Below are positions 8,626-18,647 of a DNA stretch of 64,000 nucleotides, piece after piece. The DNA is taken from NCBI GenBank assembly GCA_900617105.1, contig UYFQ01000006.1, positions 682,001 through 746,000 on the forward strand, read 5' to 3'. The stretch's first letter is position 1. Every line of letters starts with the position of its first letter. The stretch comes from Hydrurus foetidus. Taxonomy: Eukaryota. A program made the position numbers and the translations under genes. A model generated the notes under the pieces. That model saw only the letters and a list, made by a program, of their open reading frames with translations. It was not told the origin of the DNA and searched no databases.

Positions 8626-10152
8626 TTACTTATGCCCGCCCCCACCCGAAAACCCGCCAAATGACCCACCTGAGCTGCGCATGCCACTGCCACTGTTGCT
8701 GGAGCGGCAATCTTGGGTGTTCGGGTCGCAGCTGCTGCACCGGCTGAGCAAGAGCAGCAGCACCACAATCACCACGCAAATCACGATCAGCGTCAAGCAG
8801 CCTTTGCCGGTCAGCGCAGCGGTGGGGGCTACGTCGCTGCGTTGGAGCAAATCGGCTTTGGCTTCGAGTTTGAAGGCTTTGGCGACCAGGTCGCTGGCTA
8901 TGGTGCTGCCGCTTGACCAGGTTAACTCTTTGGGGGTTTGCTCCAGCGACAGCAGGTTTTTGCCGTTGGCAAAATCACGGTTAGACGTTTTTTGGCCGCG
9001 TTGCACTGGCCAGTAGAACTCACCGGCGACGTAGCTGGTTTCTGCGGTGTAGGTGCTTTTGAGGGCGTAGCGGGTGTTCAGGTAGCTGGCGCTTTGGCCG
9101 TTGCCCTGCATGTTGGGTGCGCCTGTGGTGGGTTTGACGACGCTCCAGCCTTCTTCGGAATCCACTAAAAAGGTGAAGCCGCGCTTGGGGTTGTAGAGCA
9201 GGTATTCGCTCCAGCCAAAATACTCATCGTCACCCGCCTCCACGCCCATGCGGTGTTGGAAGCCCACCACCTGCCAGGGCAAGCCTTGCAGCGTGCCCTG
9301 GCTGCCCAGTGGAATCAGCAGCTGCACGGGCTCGTCTTGAAGCGCGTGCTGGAGTTGGTTGCCGATACCGGCGCTCAGGTCAATCAGGCATTTGCAACTG
9401 CCACAGGTGATGCTTTTGCTGGTAGCCAGCGTGACGGTGACGCTCGCGCCGCAGTTGGGGCAGTTGAACTGCTGGCCTTTGGTTTCTTGGGTAGACGTGT
9501 CGCGCAGACCAACGAGTTTCAAGTCGTCCAGCAGCACCGCACGGCCCAGCGAGAGGGTGGGCGGTTGGGTGCTGTAGTCGATGCTGAGCACTTCGCCTTG
9601 GGCGCTGCGCAGTTCGACAAGGGGAAAGGCTTGGCCTAGCGGGGGGAGTTTGGGCAGTTCGCCCTGCGCTGCGAGCAGCACGGCAGCATCGCTGGTGGTG
9701 ACGGTGAAGGGGGTGCCGTTAAAAGGGATGTTGACCCCCACGCTGAACTGCGCAGCCGGGGGGATGGTGAACGGGGCGGGCACGGCGGTGCTGAAAACGA
9801 AAGTGCCGTTGTCTTCAGAGAGCGATGCGGTGCGGCCATCGTCGAGGGCGAGCGGCCAATCGCTCCAGGTGCCGCTGTCGGTTTTGTACTGAAGTCGGCC
9901 TATGACGGTGAAGCCGGTGCTGGGGGTTTGCACTGGTGTCCAGCGCCCCGAGGCGAACAGTTGCAGTGGGCTGTAGTCGTCAAACACCTCGGCCATCTTG
10001 CCGATGCGTGACAGCGTTTCGCCATCGCGCACCACGGTGCTCTGGCAGTAGCCGCACACGGCGTGGGTGGACTGTGCATTGCGGAACGCGACGGGCGCAC
10101 CGCAGCCGGGGCAGGGTGCAGTGTAGGCACGCAGGGGGACGGGTTCAGTCAC
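8626..10152 (-). CDS. DUF4178-domain protein with two Zn-ribbons, C-terminal TM and Gly-rich tail
   Basis: CPGCGA...CGYC and CPNCGA...CGSC ribbons, W.EYLLY repeat motif, ends SSGGSFGGFSGGGGHK. Confidence 0.8.
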   Translation of the reverse strand: MTEPVPLRAYTAPCPGCGAPVAFRNAQSTHAVCGYCQSTVVRDGETLSRIGKMAEVFDDYSPLQLFASGRWTPVQTPSTGFTVIGRLQYKTDSGTWSDWPLALDDGRTASLSEDNGTFVFSTAVPAPFTIPPAAQFSVGVNIPFNGTPFTVTTSDAAVLLAAQGELPKLPPLGQAFPLVELRSAQGEVLSIDYSTQPPTLSLGRAVLLDDLKLVGLRDTSTQETKGQQFNCPNCGASVTVTLATSKSITCGSCKCLIDLSAGIGNQLQHALQDEPVQLLIPLGSQGTLQGLPWQVVGFQHRMGVEAGDDEYFGWSEYLLYNPKRGFTFLVDSEEGWSVVKPTTGAPNMQGNGQSASYLNTRYALKSTYTAETSYVAGEFYWPVQRGQKTSNRDFANGKNLLSLEQTPKELTWSSGSTIASDLVAKAFKLEAKADLLQRSDVAPTAALTGKGCLTLIVICVVIVVLLLLLSRCSSCDPNTQDCRSSNSGSGMRSSGGSFGGFSGGGGHK

Positions 10153-10220
10153 GGTGCAGAACGAACAAAACCAACAAGATTAAAGAAGCGACACGGACAT
10201 GACGCTGAGGTGGCGGTGGT

Positions 10221-11267
10221 TTAGACTAACTTTTTCAGCAGCTCGGTCTTCTTGGCATCAAACTCGTCTTGCGTCAGGATGCCCTTGGCTTTGAGTTCGC
10301 CTAGCTTTTCCAATGTGGCCATGATGTCTTCAGGCTTCAAGGCAGGTGCTACGTTTTGCATAGCTGCCGTAGCTGATGCAGCTTGCGAAGAAGCCGTATT
10401 TAACCCTGCTTGCAGGTTCTGCGCGAGGACTTGGCCCAGCGCCACGCCTGCGCCCAAGCCCATCGCGTCGCCCGCAATGCCACCACCACCACCTTGCGCC
10501 ATGCCGGGAATGGCCTGTGCGGTTTGGTACTGCATGAACTTGCCCATGTCATTACCGACCATGCCCATGCCAATTTTTTGGTCGAGGATTTTTTGTAGCT
10601 CTTCGGGCAGCGAGACGTTTTGCACCGTCATGCCTTCGAGCTTCAAACCGATCTTGGCGAAGGCGGGTTCCAGCTCTTTGGAAAGCGCCTGGGCAAAGCC
10701 CATCTGGTTGGCTGCCAAGTCCAAGAAGGGCACGCCGCTGGAGGCGATGGCGTTGCTGATGTTTTGCAGCACCAGCCCGCGCAATTGACCGTCCAAGTCA
10801 CCGGTGGTGTAAACCTCACGGGTGCCCGCGATTTCGGTGTGGAACAGCTTGGGGTCAGCGATGCGGTAGGCGTAGTTGCCAAAGGCCCGCAGGCGGATGG
10901 CACCAAAGTCTTTGTCGCGGATGGTGATGGGCTGGGGCGTGCCCCATTTTTGGTCGATCTGCTGGCGGGTTCTGAAGAAGTAAACATCGCTTTTGAAGGG
11001 CGACTCGAACAGTTTGTCCCAGTTTTTCAGGTAGGTCAGCACGGGCACAGTTTGGGTGCTGAGCGTGTACATGCCGGGGCCAAACACGTCAGCGACTTTG
11101 CCCTCGTTCACGAAAATAGCCAGCTGCGATTCGCGTACGGTGAGCGAGGCACCCATCTGGATTTCCATGTCGGCCATGGGGAAACGCCACGCCAGTGTGC
11201 CGTCGTCGCTTTCAGTCCATTGAATAACGTCAATAAACTGTTTCTTGATAAAGCTCATCAGTCCCAT
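10221..11267 (-). CDS. SPFH/band-7 (YdjI-like) protein with C-terminal SHOCT domain
   Basis: Start adjusted to MGLMSFIKKQFIDVIQW; LTVRESQ.A.FVNEG, SPFKSDVYF, KWGT..PI; LEKLGELKAKGILTQDEFDAKK SHOCT. Confidence 0.85.
   Translation of the reverse strand: MGLMSFIKKQFIDVIQWTESDDGTLAWRFPMADMEIQMGASLTVRESQLAIFVNEGKVADVFGPGMYTLSTQTVPVLTYLKNWDKLFESPFKSDVYFFRTRQQIDQKWGTPQPITIRDKDFGAIRLRAFGNYAYRIADPKLFHTEIAGTREVYTTGDLDGQLRGLVLQNISNAIASSGVPFLDLAANQMGFAQALSKELEPAFAKIGLKLEGMTVQNVSLPEELQKILDQKIGMGMVGNDMGKFMQYQTAQAIPGMAQGGGGGIAGDAMGLGAGVALGQVLAQNLQAGLNTASSQAASATAAMQNVAPALKPEDIMATLEKLGELKAKGILTQDEFDAKKTELLKKLV
10348..10364. repeat. Dispersed 17-bp element inside SPFH CDS (linker before SHOCT)
   Basis: GCTACGTTTTGCATAGC + TGCCGTAGC. 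Confidence 0.65.
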
Positions 11268-11374
11268 GGTGTGTTTCCTCGTGTGTGCTGGACGGGTTAA
11301 AGAGGCACCTGCCGAGTCCCACGTAGCAGCCCAATGGGGGTTAAACCACAATAAAACGTTGCTTACAGTACCTT

Positions 11375-13012
11375 TTAACGAGATAGTAGCGCAACCGGAT
11401 GGTCTGGCACTTTGGTGTGCTTTGCGATATCTGCTTGGTTAAGAATGAAAACGGAGGCTGCCTGAACCAATTCTTGCGCCTGGTTTGACAGGCTGGACGC
11501 AGCAGCTGCCATTTGCTCCACTAAAGCTGCGTTTTGCTGGGTTGTCTCGTCCATCTGGCTGATGGAAATACCCACACGTGCAACTTCTTGGCTTTGCTCG
11601 TCGCTGGAGGCACTGATCTCCCCCATCAAATCGGTTACGCGGCCAATGGAGGCCACCACTTCGGTCATGGTGGAGCCGGCTTGGTCTACCAATGTGGTGC
11701 CCTGTTCGACACGCTGCAGACTGGCACCCACCAGATTTTTGATTTCTTTGGCGGCTTCAGCAGACCTGCCTGCCAAGCTGCGCACTTCAGCCGCCACGAC
11801 GGCAAAACCCCGGCCTTGCTCACCGGCGCGTGCGGCTTCCACTGCCGCATTCAGGGCCAGGATGTTGGTTTGAAAGGCAATGCCATCAATCACACCAATG
11901 ATGTCGGATATCTTTTTGGAGCTGTCGTTGATGCCCTTCATTGTGTTGACCACCTCTGCCACGACAGCGCCTCCTCGTGCTGCCACCGTTGAAGCCCCCA
12001 GCGCCAATTGGCTGGCTTGGCGCGCTGCAGCAGCATTTTGCTTCACGGTTTCTTTGAGCTGGTCCATGGAGGCCGCTGTTTGTTGCAAGGCACTTGCCTG
12101 CTGTTCCGTGCGGGTAGACAGATTGTTGTTACCGTGGTCAATCTCACTGCTGGCCACCGCTATCCCATCGGCGCGGGAACGAACCTCTTTGACAATGCTG
12201 GCAATGTTGTTGCGCATGTTGCGAATAGTGGCCAGCAGACTTGTGCTGTCGCCATCACGCAGTGCAATGTCGATGTACAGCTTGCCGTCTGCAATGGCCG
12301 ATGCCTGCTCCGTGGCATAACTGGGCTCGCCACCAAGTTGCCCCAGCAAACTGCGCGTGATGCCCAGCGCCAATACCAATCCAATCAGTACCGTAGCGCT
12401 CAACAGGCCTGCGGTCCAAAGGCGGGCTTTAACGTACACCGCCTGGGCATGTTCTGCAGCAAGTTGTCCTCCGTCAAAGTTGAGCTTTGTCAATTTATCC
12501 AGCGCGGCTATGGTGTCATCTGCTGTTGATTTGGCGGCACCTTCAGAAATGCCTTTAGCATTGTCTATTTGGTTGGCACGGCCCAAGGCAATCACTTTTT
12601 GGTTGAAGGTCAGGTATTCACCCCACGCTTTGGTGAAGGCAGTAAAGAGCTTGCCGCCTTCGGGTTCGGTCGCCATCACCGCATAGGCGTCAAGGTGTAC
12701 TGTTACCGTTGGCAATATCGCCTTCATTTTTTCTTCGTACTCGTCCATGTAGCCTATGTCAGCGGAACGGCTGTGTCGGACTTCCAGGTCACGAATTTCT
12801 AAGATGGCGCTGCGCATGGAGGTGGTGTGGCCGATGCTGGGCATCCACTTCAAGGCGAGGTCACTAGAGACTTGGCTAACTTGTGCCAACTGAAGCATTG
12901 CAAATCCCCCCATCAGCGCAGTCAGTACCAGCACCAGAAAAAAGGATGCCAGCAACTTGGTTCTCAATTTTAGGCTTGCAAAGCTATGAGAAAGACTTGA
13001 GAACGCAGCCAT
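11375..13012 (-). CDS. Methyl-accepting chemotaxis protein (four-helix-bundle sensor)
   Basis: Two TMs; [30 protein letters not shown] signalling hairpin. Confidence 0.96.
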   Translation of the reverse strand: MAAFSSLSHSFASLKLRTKLLASFFLVLVLTALMGGFAMLQLAQVSQVSSDLALKWMPSIGHTTSMRSAILEIRDLEVRHSRSADIGYMDEYEEKMKAILPTVTVHLDAYAVMATEPEGGKLFTAFTKAWGEYLTFNQKVIALGRANQIDNAKGISEGAAKSTADDTIAALDKLTKLNFDGGQLAAEHAQAVYVKARLWTAGLLSATVLIGLVLALGITRSLLGQLGGEPSYATEQASAIADGKLYIDIALRDGDSTSLLATIRNMRNNIASIVKEVRSRADGIAVASSEIDHGNNNLSTRTEQQASALQQTAASMDQLKETVKQNAAAARQASQLALGASTVAARGGAVVAEVVNTMKGINDSSKKISDIIGVIDGIAFQTNILALNAAVEAARAGEQGRGFAVVAAEVRSLAGRSAEAAKEIKNLVGASLQRVEQGTTLVDQAGSTMTEVVASIGRVTDLMGEISASSDEQSQEVARVGISISQMDETTQQNAALVEQMAAAASSLSNQAQELVQAASVFILNQADIAKHTKVPDHPVALLSR

Positions 13013-13118
13013 AGGGTGCCCTTTAAGGGTGATTTAATGAGGCGATTTGAACGATGGAACACGGCAGCCATCGGAATACCTGTATGGCCCTCGCCTTAGC
13101 AAGGGCCAGGCCGCTGAG

Positions 13119-13606
13119 TTACTTCTTGAAGCCGATGTAAGTCACGCCAATGACTTTGCCACCTTTGTCTTTGATCGGGTTGTAGCAGGCGTCATACGCG
13201 GTTCCCAACACATCGACGTTTCCGCAATATTGTTCGCCTTTGTTCATACTTTCGTAGGCCTTGGCGCGCGCCAAGGGCGTACCAACACCACGTTTGCCTT
13301 CGGCGGTCAATACGTTGGTACTCACGCGAATGTAGTTATCCTCATGCTTCACGAACACTGTCGCTGTGGCCCCTGTGGATTTTTGATTTCGTCAACCACG
13401 TCGTAGTTGTTGTTGATTTTTCGGGTGCCGAAGTAAATGACCGGCACGGTGAGTTCACCGGCTTTATCGGTGCCCTCCAGCTTGGCTTCCCCTAGTTTGG
13501 TCAACCGGGTGTCCAGCGCTGCAATGGTGGTTTTCGGGTCATCGGCGTGGGCTGACTCTGCTAGTAACGCTAAACCCAACAGGACAGGAATGAAGATTTT
13601 TTTCAT
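13119..13606 (-). pseudogene. Stand-alone periplasmic Cache (Cache3/Cache2-fusion-like) protein, frameshifted
   Basis: Signal-peptide ORF and downstream RVSTNV..GKRGVGT.L ORF join as EIKKSTGATATVFVK if one A is added to the A5 run at 13380-13384. Confidence 0.75.
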
Positions 13607-13942
13607 GGCTTTGCACACTTTCTTTGGGTAACAAGGTTATGAGCTCAAGGAACGTAACGACATGAGCAACTATCTTCTAAATTCGCAAAAACAGCTAATG
13701 AGGGGCATTATTCTCCCTGGTTTCAGCAAGGATTACTGCCGCGATAGCTGAAAGGCATAGATGAGTACAACAGGGCCATCGATCTGGAATATGACTTGAA
13801 AATATGAACCAGAACATGACCCCGCGTACGCAGATCCACTGACACCGCGCTGACATGGCCAAGCCTACAATCCAAAACCCTTTCTGTCAGCGAGCGAGGT
13901 TCGCCGACAGTGGGGAGAACAACACCAGCTACCGGAGACCCC

Positions 13943-16273
13943 ATGACTACCACCCCCCAAAATACCGACGAAAAACGCGCCGAATTGCGCCGTGCTGCGC
14001 TGGAATACCACGAATTTCCGACCCCCGGTAAGGTTGCCATCATGGCCACCAAGCAGCTCGTCAACCAGCACGATTTGGCCCTGGCCTACTCGCCCGGCGT
14101 GGCGGCACCCTGCGAAGAAATCGTCAAAGACCCGAACAACGCTTTCAAGTACACCAGCCGGGGTAATTTGGTCGGTGTCATCACCAACGGCACCGCTGTG
14201 CTGGGTCTGGGTGACATTGGCCCGCTGGCCTCCAAGCCGGTGATGGAGGGCAAGGGCGTGCTGTTCAAGAAGTTCGCGGGCGTCGATGTGTTCGACATCG
14301 AAATCGACGAAAAAGACCCGGTCAAGCTGGTGGAGGTGATTGCTGCACTGGAACCCACCTTTGGTGCTATCAATTTAGAAGACATCAAGGCACCGGATTG
14401 CTTCTACGTCGAGCGCGAGTTGCGCAAACGCATGAAGATCCCTGTGTTTCATGACGACCAGCACGGCACTGCCATCACGGTGGCTGCGGCCATGGTGAAT
14501 GCCTTGAAGGTGGTTAACAAAGACATTGGTCAGGTCAAGCTCGTGACCTCGGGTGCTGGCGCTGCTGCGCTGGCTTGCCTGAACCTGCTGCTCAAAGTCG
14601 GCCTGAAGCGCGAAAACGTGTACGCCACCGACATCGCCGGTGTGGTGTACGTGGGCCGTACCGAGTTGATGGACGAAGACAAAATCCAGTACGCACAAAA
14701 GACCGATGCCCGCACGCTGACCGACATCATCGAAGGGGCGGACGTGTTCTTGGGGCTGTCGGCTGGCAATGTACTGAAGCCTGCGATGGTCGCCAAAATG
14801 GCCCCTCGCCCGGTGATTTTTGCGCTGGCGAACCCGAACCCCGAGATCGCCCCCGAAGATGCCCACGCCGTGCGCAATGACGTGGTGATGGCCACGGGCC
14901 GTTCAGACTACCCGAACCAAGTCAACAACGTGCTGTGCTTCCCCTATATCTTCCGGGGTGCGTTGGACTGCGGTGCCACCACCATCACCGATGAGATGGA
15001 AATCGCCGCTGTGTATGCGATTGCCGAGCTGGCCCAGGCCGAGCAAAGCGAAGTCGTGGCGGCTGCCTACGCGGGTGAAAAACTGGCGTTTGGCCCTGAG
15101 TACCTGATCCCCAAGCCGTTCGACCCGCGCTTGATGATGAAAATCGCCCCTGCCGTGGCCCAAGCCGCAGCGGACAGTGGCGTGGCGTTGCGTCCTATTG
15201 CGGACATGGAGGCTTACCGCGCCAAGCTGCAATCCTTCGTCTACGCCTCGGGCACGACGATGAAGCCGATTTTTGACGCCGCCAAAAAAGCCGTCAAAAA
15301 GCGCGTGGTTTACGTGGAAGGCGAAGAAGAGCGTATCTTGCGTGCCGTGCAGATCGTGGTGGACGAGGGCTTGGCCCGCCCCACGCTGATTGGCCGCCCG
15401 GCAGTCATTGCCCAGCGCATCGAAAAGTTTGGCCTGCGTCTGCGCGAAGAGCTGGACTACGACGTGGTGAATGTCGAGCAAGACCACCGTTACCGCGATT
15501 TCTGGCAGACCTACCACCGCATGACCGAGCGCAAGGGCATCACAGTGCAGATGGCCAAAATCGAAATGCGCCGCCGGTTGACGTTAATTGGCTGCATGTT
15601 GCTGCACAAAGGTGAAGTAGACGGCATGATCTGCGGCACCTGGGGCAACACCCACATGCACCTGCACTACATCGACCAGGTGATTGGCAAGCGCGTGGGC
15701 GGCAGCCCCAGCACGCCGCAGGACGTGCAAATCTACGCCTGCATGAACGGTCTGCTGTTGCCTGACCGCCAAGTGTTCTTGGTAGACACCCATGTCAACT
15801 ACGACCCGACAGCCGCAGAGTTGACCGAAATCACTGTGATGGCGGCGGAAGAGATGATGCGTTTTGGCATCAAACCCAAAGCCGCACTGCTCAGCCATTC
15901 CAACTTTGGCAGCAGCGACCAGCCCAGCGCCATCAAAATGCGCGACACCCTGGCCCTGTTGCGCACCGAAGCGCCTTGGCTGGAAGTGGAAGGCGAAATG
16001 CACGGTGACGTGGCACTGGACGCCAAAGAGCGCGCCAACATCATGCCGCACAGCACCTTGACGGGCAGCGCCAACCTGCTGGTGTTCCCCAACATCGATG
16101 CCGCCAACATCGCCTACAACCTGCTGAAAACCGCAGCCGGTGGTGGTATCGCGATTGGCCCGGTCTTGCTGGGTGCCGATAAACCCGTGCATGTGCTGAC
16201 CGCCAGCGCCACAGTGCGCCGCATTGTGAACATGACGGCGTTGACCGTGGCAGATGCCAATGCCAGCCGGTAA
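13943..16273 (+). CDS. maeB: NADP-dependent malic enzyme with PTA-like domain
   Basis: [36 protein letters not shown]-terminal PTA-like domain; start at MTTTPQN inferred. Confidence 0.96.
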   Translation: MTTTPQNTDEKRAELRRAALEYHEFPTPGKVAIMATKQLVNQHDLALAYSPGVAAPCEEIVKDPNNAFKYTSRGNLVGVITNGTAVLGLGDIGPLASKPVMEGKGVLFKKFAGVDVFDIEIDEKDPVKLVEVIAALEPTFGAINLEDIKAPDCFYVERELRKRMKIPVFHDDQHGTAITVAAAMVNALKVVNKDIGQVKLVTSGAGAAALACLNLLLKVGLKRENVYATDIAGVVYVGRTELMDEDKIQYAQKTDARTLTDIIEGADVFLGLSAGNVLKPAMVAKMAPRPVIFALANPNPEIAPEDAHAVRNDVVMATGRSDYPNQVNNVLCFPYIFRGALDCGATTITDEMEIAAVYAIAELAQAEQSEVVAAAYAGEKLAFGPEYLIPKPFDPRLMMKIAPAVAQAAADSGVALRPIADMEAYRAKLQSFVYASGTTMKPIFDAAKKAVKKRVVYVEGEEERILRAVQIVVDEGLARPTLIGRPAVIAQRIEKFGLRLREELDYDVVNVEQDHRYRDFWQTYHRMTERKGITVQMAKIEMRRRLTLIGCMLLHKGEVDGMICGTWGNTHMHLHYIDQVIGKRVGGSPSTPQDVQIYACMNGLLLPDRQVFLVDTHVNYDPTAAELTEITVMAAEEMMRFGIKPKAALLSHSNFGSSDQPSAIKMRDTLALLRTEAPWLEVEGEMHGDVALDAKERANIMPHSTLTGSANLLVFPNIDAANIAYNLLKTAAGGGIAIGPVLLGADKPVHVLTASATVRRIVNMTALTVADANASR

Positions 16274-16311
16274 GCCAATTTAGAGAAGTACGCACTAACA
16301 CCCCATTCTTT

Positions 16312-16358
16312 AAAGGGCTATTCGACGGTAGTTCATGCCTGCAGAATGGCCTTTTTTT
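16312..16358 (+). terminator. Possible intrinsic terminator after maeB
   Basis: AAAGGGCTATTC...GAATGGCCTTT imperfect stem followed by T7. Confidence 0.4.
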
Positions 16359-16558
16359 GGGGGCTGAACACACGGAGAACCTGTGTTTTGTATTTCTTTA
16401 CTTGCTTAAGTTTTAGGCAGGGTATTGCTTTTTTACGACAGTTCCGGCAAACTACGGCCTTCGTTATCTCGGGTAAACCCGGATATTTTCAGGTTGTTTG
16501 CCGTCCAAAATCACTGTGAAAGTGATGCATTGGGCCGCTTTCGGTTCATTCGGTTAAC

Positions 16559-16990
16559 TTGGTTCGCGTTGCCATGCTCGGTTTTCACAAGTTCAAATAC
16601 GTCATTTCCGGCCTTGTCCTCGCCGCCTCATTGGCGACCCTCGGTACCGCATTTGCCAAAAGAGCGGTTCCTGAGGCTTCAGCTGACAGTACTGCCACCA
16701 GCCTGCCTAGCATGGCGCTGGCCGAGCTGCCGCCACAAGGTCAGGATGTGTACGCCAAGATTGTGCAAGGTGCCAGCTTCGCGAATGAAAAAGACGGTTC
16801 AGTGTTTGGCAACCGCGAGCGCCAGCTCCCGGCCCACAAACGGGGCTATTACCGTGAGTACACGGTACGCACACCGGGTGCTCGCAACCGAGGTGCTCGC
16901 CGCTTGGTTTGCGGCGGTGAGCAGCAGGTGCCTTCTGTTTGCTACTACACCGAAGACCACTATGCGTCGTTTCGCAAAGTGGTGCCGTAG
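16559..16990 (+). CDS. Secreted microbial guanyl-specific ribonuclease (barnase/RNase Sa fold)
   Basis: Signal-like N-terminus; DGSVFGNRERQLP, YYREYTV, RGARRLV, YYTEDHY.SF catalytic motifs; true start may be 16574. Confidence 0.9.
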   Translation: MVRVAMLGFHKFKYVISGLVLAASLATLGTAFAKRAVPEASADSTATSLPSMALAELPPQGQDVYAKIVQGASFANEKDGSVFGNRERQLPAHKRGYYREYTVRTPGARNRGARRLVCGGEQQVPSVCYYTEDHYASFRKVVP

Positions 16991-17112
16991 GTCGTAGGCC
17001 CTGTAACAGATGTCGCAGGCAGCGAAAAAGATTCAGCAAGGCTGAGGTACACCGTACACCTCAGCTGCCGCAAGTTTTGTAACGGTTTTTTGATTAAAGA
17101 AAGTGAACGAGG

Positions 17113-17538
17113 ATGGATACGCCGCTTCGTAAAGAACAAGACACACCACTGCGTGGTGTGCGCCCTAATATCGTGCAGTCGATCCGCGCTTTTCGCGTGC
17201 CCGAGTTGCAAGAGGCCGCTTTGGCCTTGGGTCAACATTTCTTGTACGCCAACCTGAGCCAAGCCCAGAGCAAGCAAGACGTGTTGGACATGATCGCCCA
17301 GCAGTTCACCTTCCCGACGCATTTCGGTAAGAATTTTGATGCGCTGTATGACTGCATGACCGATCCCTTGCATAAATCAGGCCCACAGCCTGGTTTTGTG
17401 GTGGTGCTGGAGCAGGTGCCTGCCCACGCCAAGTTTGACAAAGAGGCGCGTGAACAATTGCTCGACGTGTTCCGGGAGACTGCGGACTATTGGGGGGATC
17501 GAAAGATTCCGTTCCGATGCTTCTATTCTTTTCCGTAG
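17113..17538 (+). CDS. Barstar-family RNase inhibitor
   Basis: FPTHFGKNFDALYDCMTD motif; directly follows the RNase gene. Confidence 0.9.
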   Translation: MDTPLRKEQDTPLRGVRPNIVQSIRAFRVPELQEAALALGQHFLYANLSQAQSKQDVLDMIAQQFTFPTHFGKNFDALYDCMTDPLHKSGPQPGFVVVLEQVPAHAKFDKEAREQLLDVFRETADYWGDRKIPFRCFYSFP

Positions 17539-17572
17539 CCCGTTCTGCAACCACCAGCCAAGCAGAACGGGC
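17529..17572 (+). other. Putative -1 ribosomal frameshift signal (U_UUU, 5-nt spacer, 11-bp hairpin)
   Basis: TCT TTT CCG TAG then GCCCGTTCTGC(17538-17548)/GCAGAACGGGC(17562-17572), no U-tract; -1 frame open to 17723. Confidence 0.45.
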
Positions 17573-17633
17573 GACCCCGGCCAGCGCCGTATCCGGCATC
17601 GACCTTAGCAGCGCCAGTGATGGCGGCGAAAAA

Positions 17634-17723
17634 ATGCCCACCGACAAACTCGTGGACGTATCGCCTTTGGCGCTGCGCATGAGCAGCCCTTTCAATTCAG
17701 GCTACTGGCTCGCAGCGGCCTAA
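17634..17723 (+). CDS. Small ORF or frameshifted C-terminal extension of barstar (MPTDKLVDVSPLALRMSSPFNSGYWLAAA)
   Basis: Host-like codon usage; lies between the barstar stop and the operon terminator; part of the -1 frame ORF 17490-17723. Confidence 0.45.
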   Translation: MPTDKLVDVSPLALRMSSPFNSGYWLAAA

Positions 17724-17746
17724 GCGCTTCACACCACAGCCCTATG

Positions 17747-17784
17747 CAAAACGCCAAGCCAGTGTGAACTGGCTTGGCGTTTTG
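17747..17784. terminator. Bidirectional intrinsic terminator
   Basis: 17-bp perfect stem CAAAACGCCAAGCCAGT-GTGA-ACTGGCTTGGCGTTTTG between convergent genes. Confidence 0.85.
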
Positions 17785-17804
17785 TTTGAGGCTGGAATAG
17801 TCGC

Positions 17805-18647
17805 TTATTTTGCTTCTGAATTAATAGCTGCATCCGCATATAAAGCCTGCGCTAACGCCACATATTCCTCTGGTGGAACCTCTTCAGCGCGGCGTTGCAG
17901 GTTGAACGTACCCGTAAAAGCTTTTTCCTCTAACCACTTGCCCAAGCTGTGGCGCAGCAGCTTGCGCCGCTGGCTGAAGGCTACCTTGACCGTGGCTTCC
18001 AGCGTTTTGAAATCCACCACGGCGGGCGTGGCACGCGGCACCATGCGCACCACAGCGCTGTCCACGCGGGGGGGCGGATCGAACGATTCGGGAGGGACGA
18101 ACAGCACGTTGGCCATCTCGTAGCGCCATTGCAGCATCACGCTTAAGCGCCCGTAGTCGCTGCAAGCGGGTGGGGCCACCATGCGGTCTATCACTTCTTT
18201 TTGCAGCATGAAGTGCTGGTCTTGGATGATGTCGGCAAAGTCCAGCAGGTGGAACAGGATGGGCGTGGAGATGTTGTAGGGCAGATTGCCTACCACGCGG
18301 AGTTTTCCGTGGGGTGGCTTTGCTCCGTTTTCAGTAGCTGGTAACGCAGCTAATACCTGCGCAAAGTCCACTTTCAGCACATCAGACTCAATCACCTGCA
18401 ACTGCGGATGCTCGCGCAAGCGGGCGGCCAAATCGCGGTCAAGCTCGATGACGGTGAGGGCACCCAGTCGCTCTACCAGCGGCTGGGTCAGCGCGGCGAG
18501 GCCGGGGCCAATCTCCACCATCGGGTCGCCCGCCACGGGGGCGATAGCGTCCACGATGGCGTTGATGATGTGGCGGTCGGCCAAGAAATGCTGACCAAAG
18601 CGCTTGCGGGCGACGTGGGGCGAACGGTGGTGGGTGGGCGTGCTCAT
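17805..18647 (-). CDS. rsmA: 16S rRNA m6,2A dimethyltransferase
   Basis: [41 protein letters not shown]. Confidence 0.97.
   Translation of the reverse strand: MSTPTHHRSPHVARKRFGQHFLADRHIINAIVDAIAPVAGDPMVEIGPGLAALTQPLVERLGALTVIELDRDLAARLREHPQLQVIESDVLKVDFAQVLAALPATENGAKPPHGKLRVVGNLPYNISTPILFHLLDFADIIQDQHFMLQKEVIDRMVAPPACSDYGRLSVMLQWRYEMANVLFVPPESFDPPPRVDSAVVRMVPRATPAVVDFKTLEATVKVAFSQRRKLLRHSLGKWLEEKAFTGTFNLQRRAEEVPPEEYVALAQALYADAAINSEAK
17812..17828. repeat. Dispersed 17-bp element inside rsmA 3' end
   Basis: GCTTCTGAATTAATAGC + TGCATCCGCA; encodes AINSEA. Confidence 0.65.
18322..18338. repeat. Dispersed 17-bp element inside rsmA (loop before GNLPY)
   Basis: GCTCCGTTTTCAGTAGC + TGGTAACGCA; encodes ATENGA. 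Confidence 0.6.

Noticed and set aside
18644..18647. No pdxA between surA and rsmA
   Set aside because: The genes overlap cleanly (ATGA) with no remnant; ordinary lineage-level gene-order variation.
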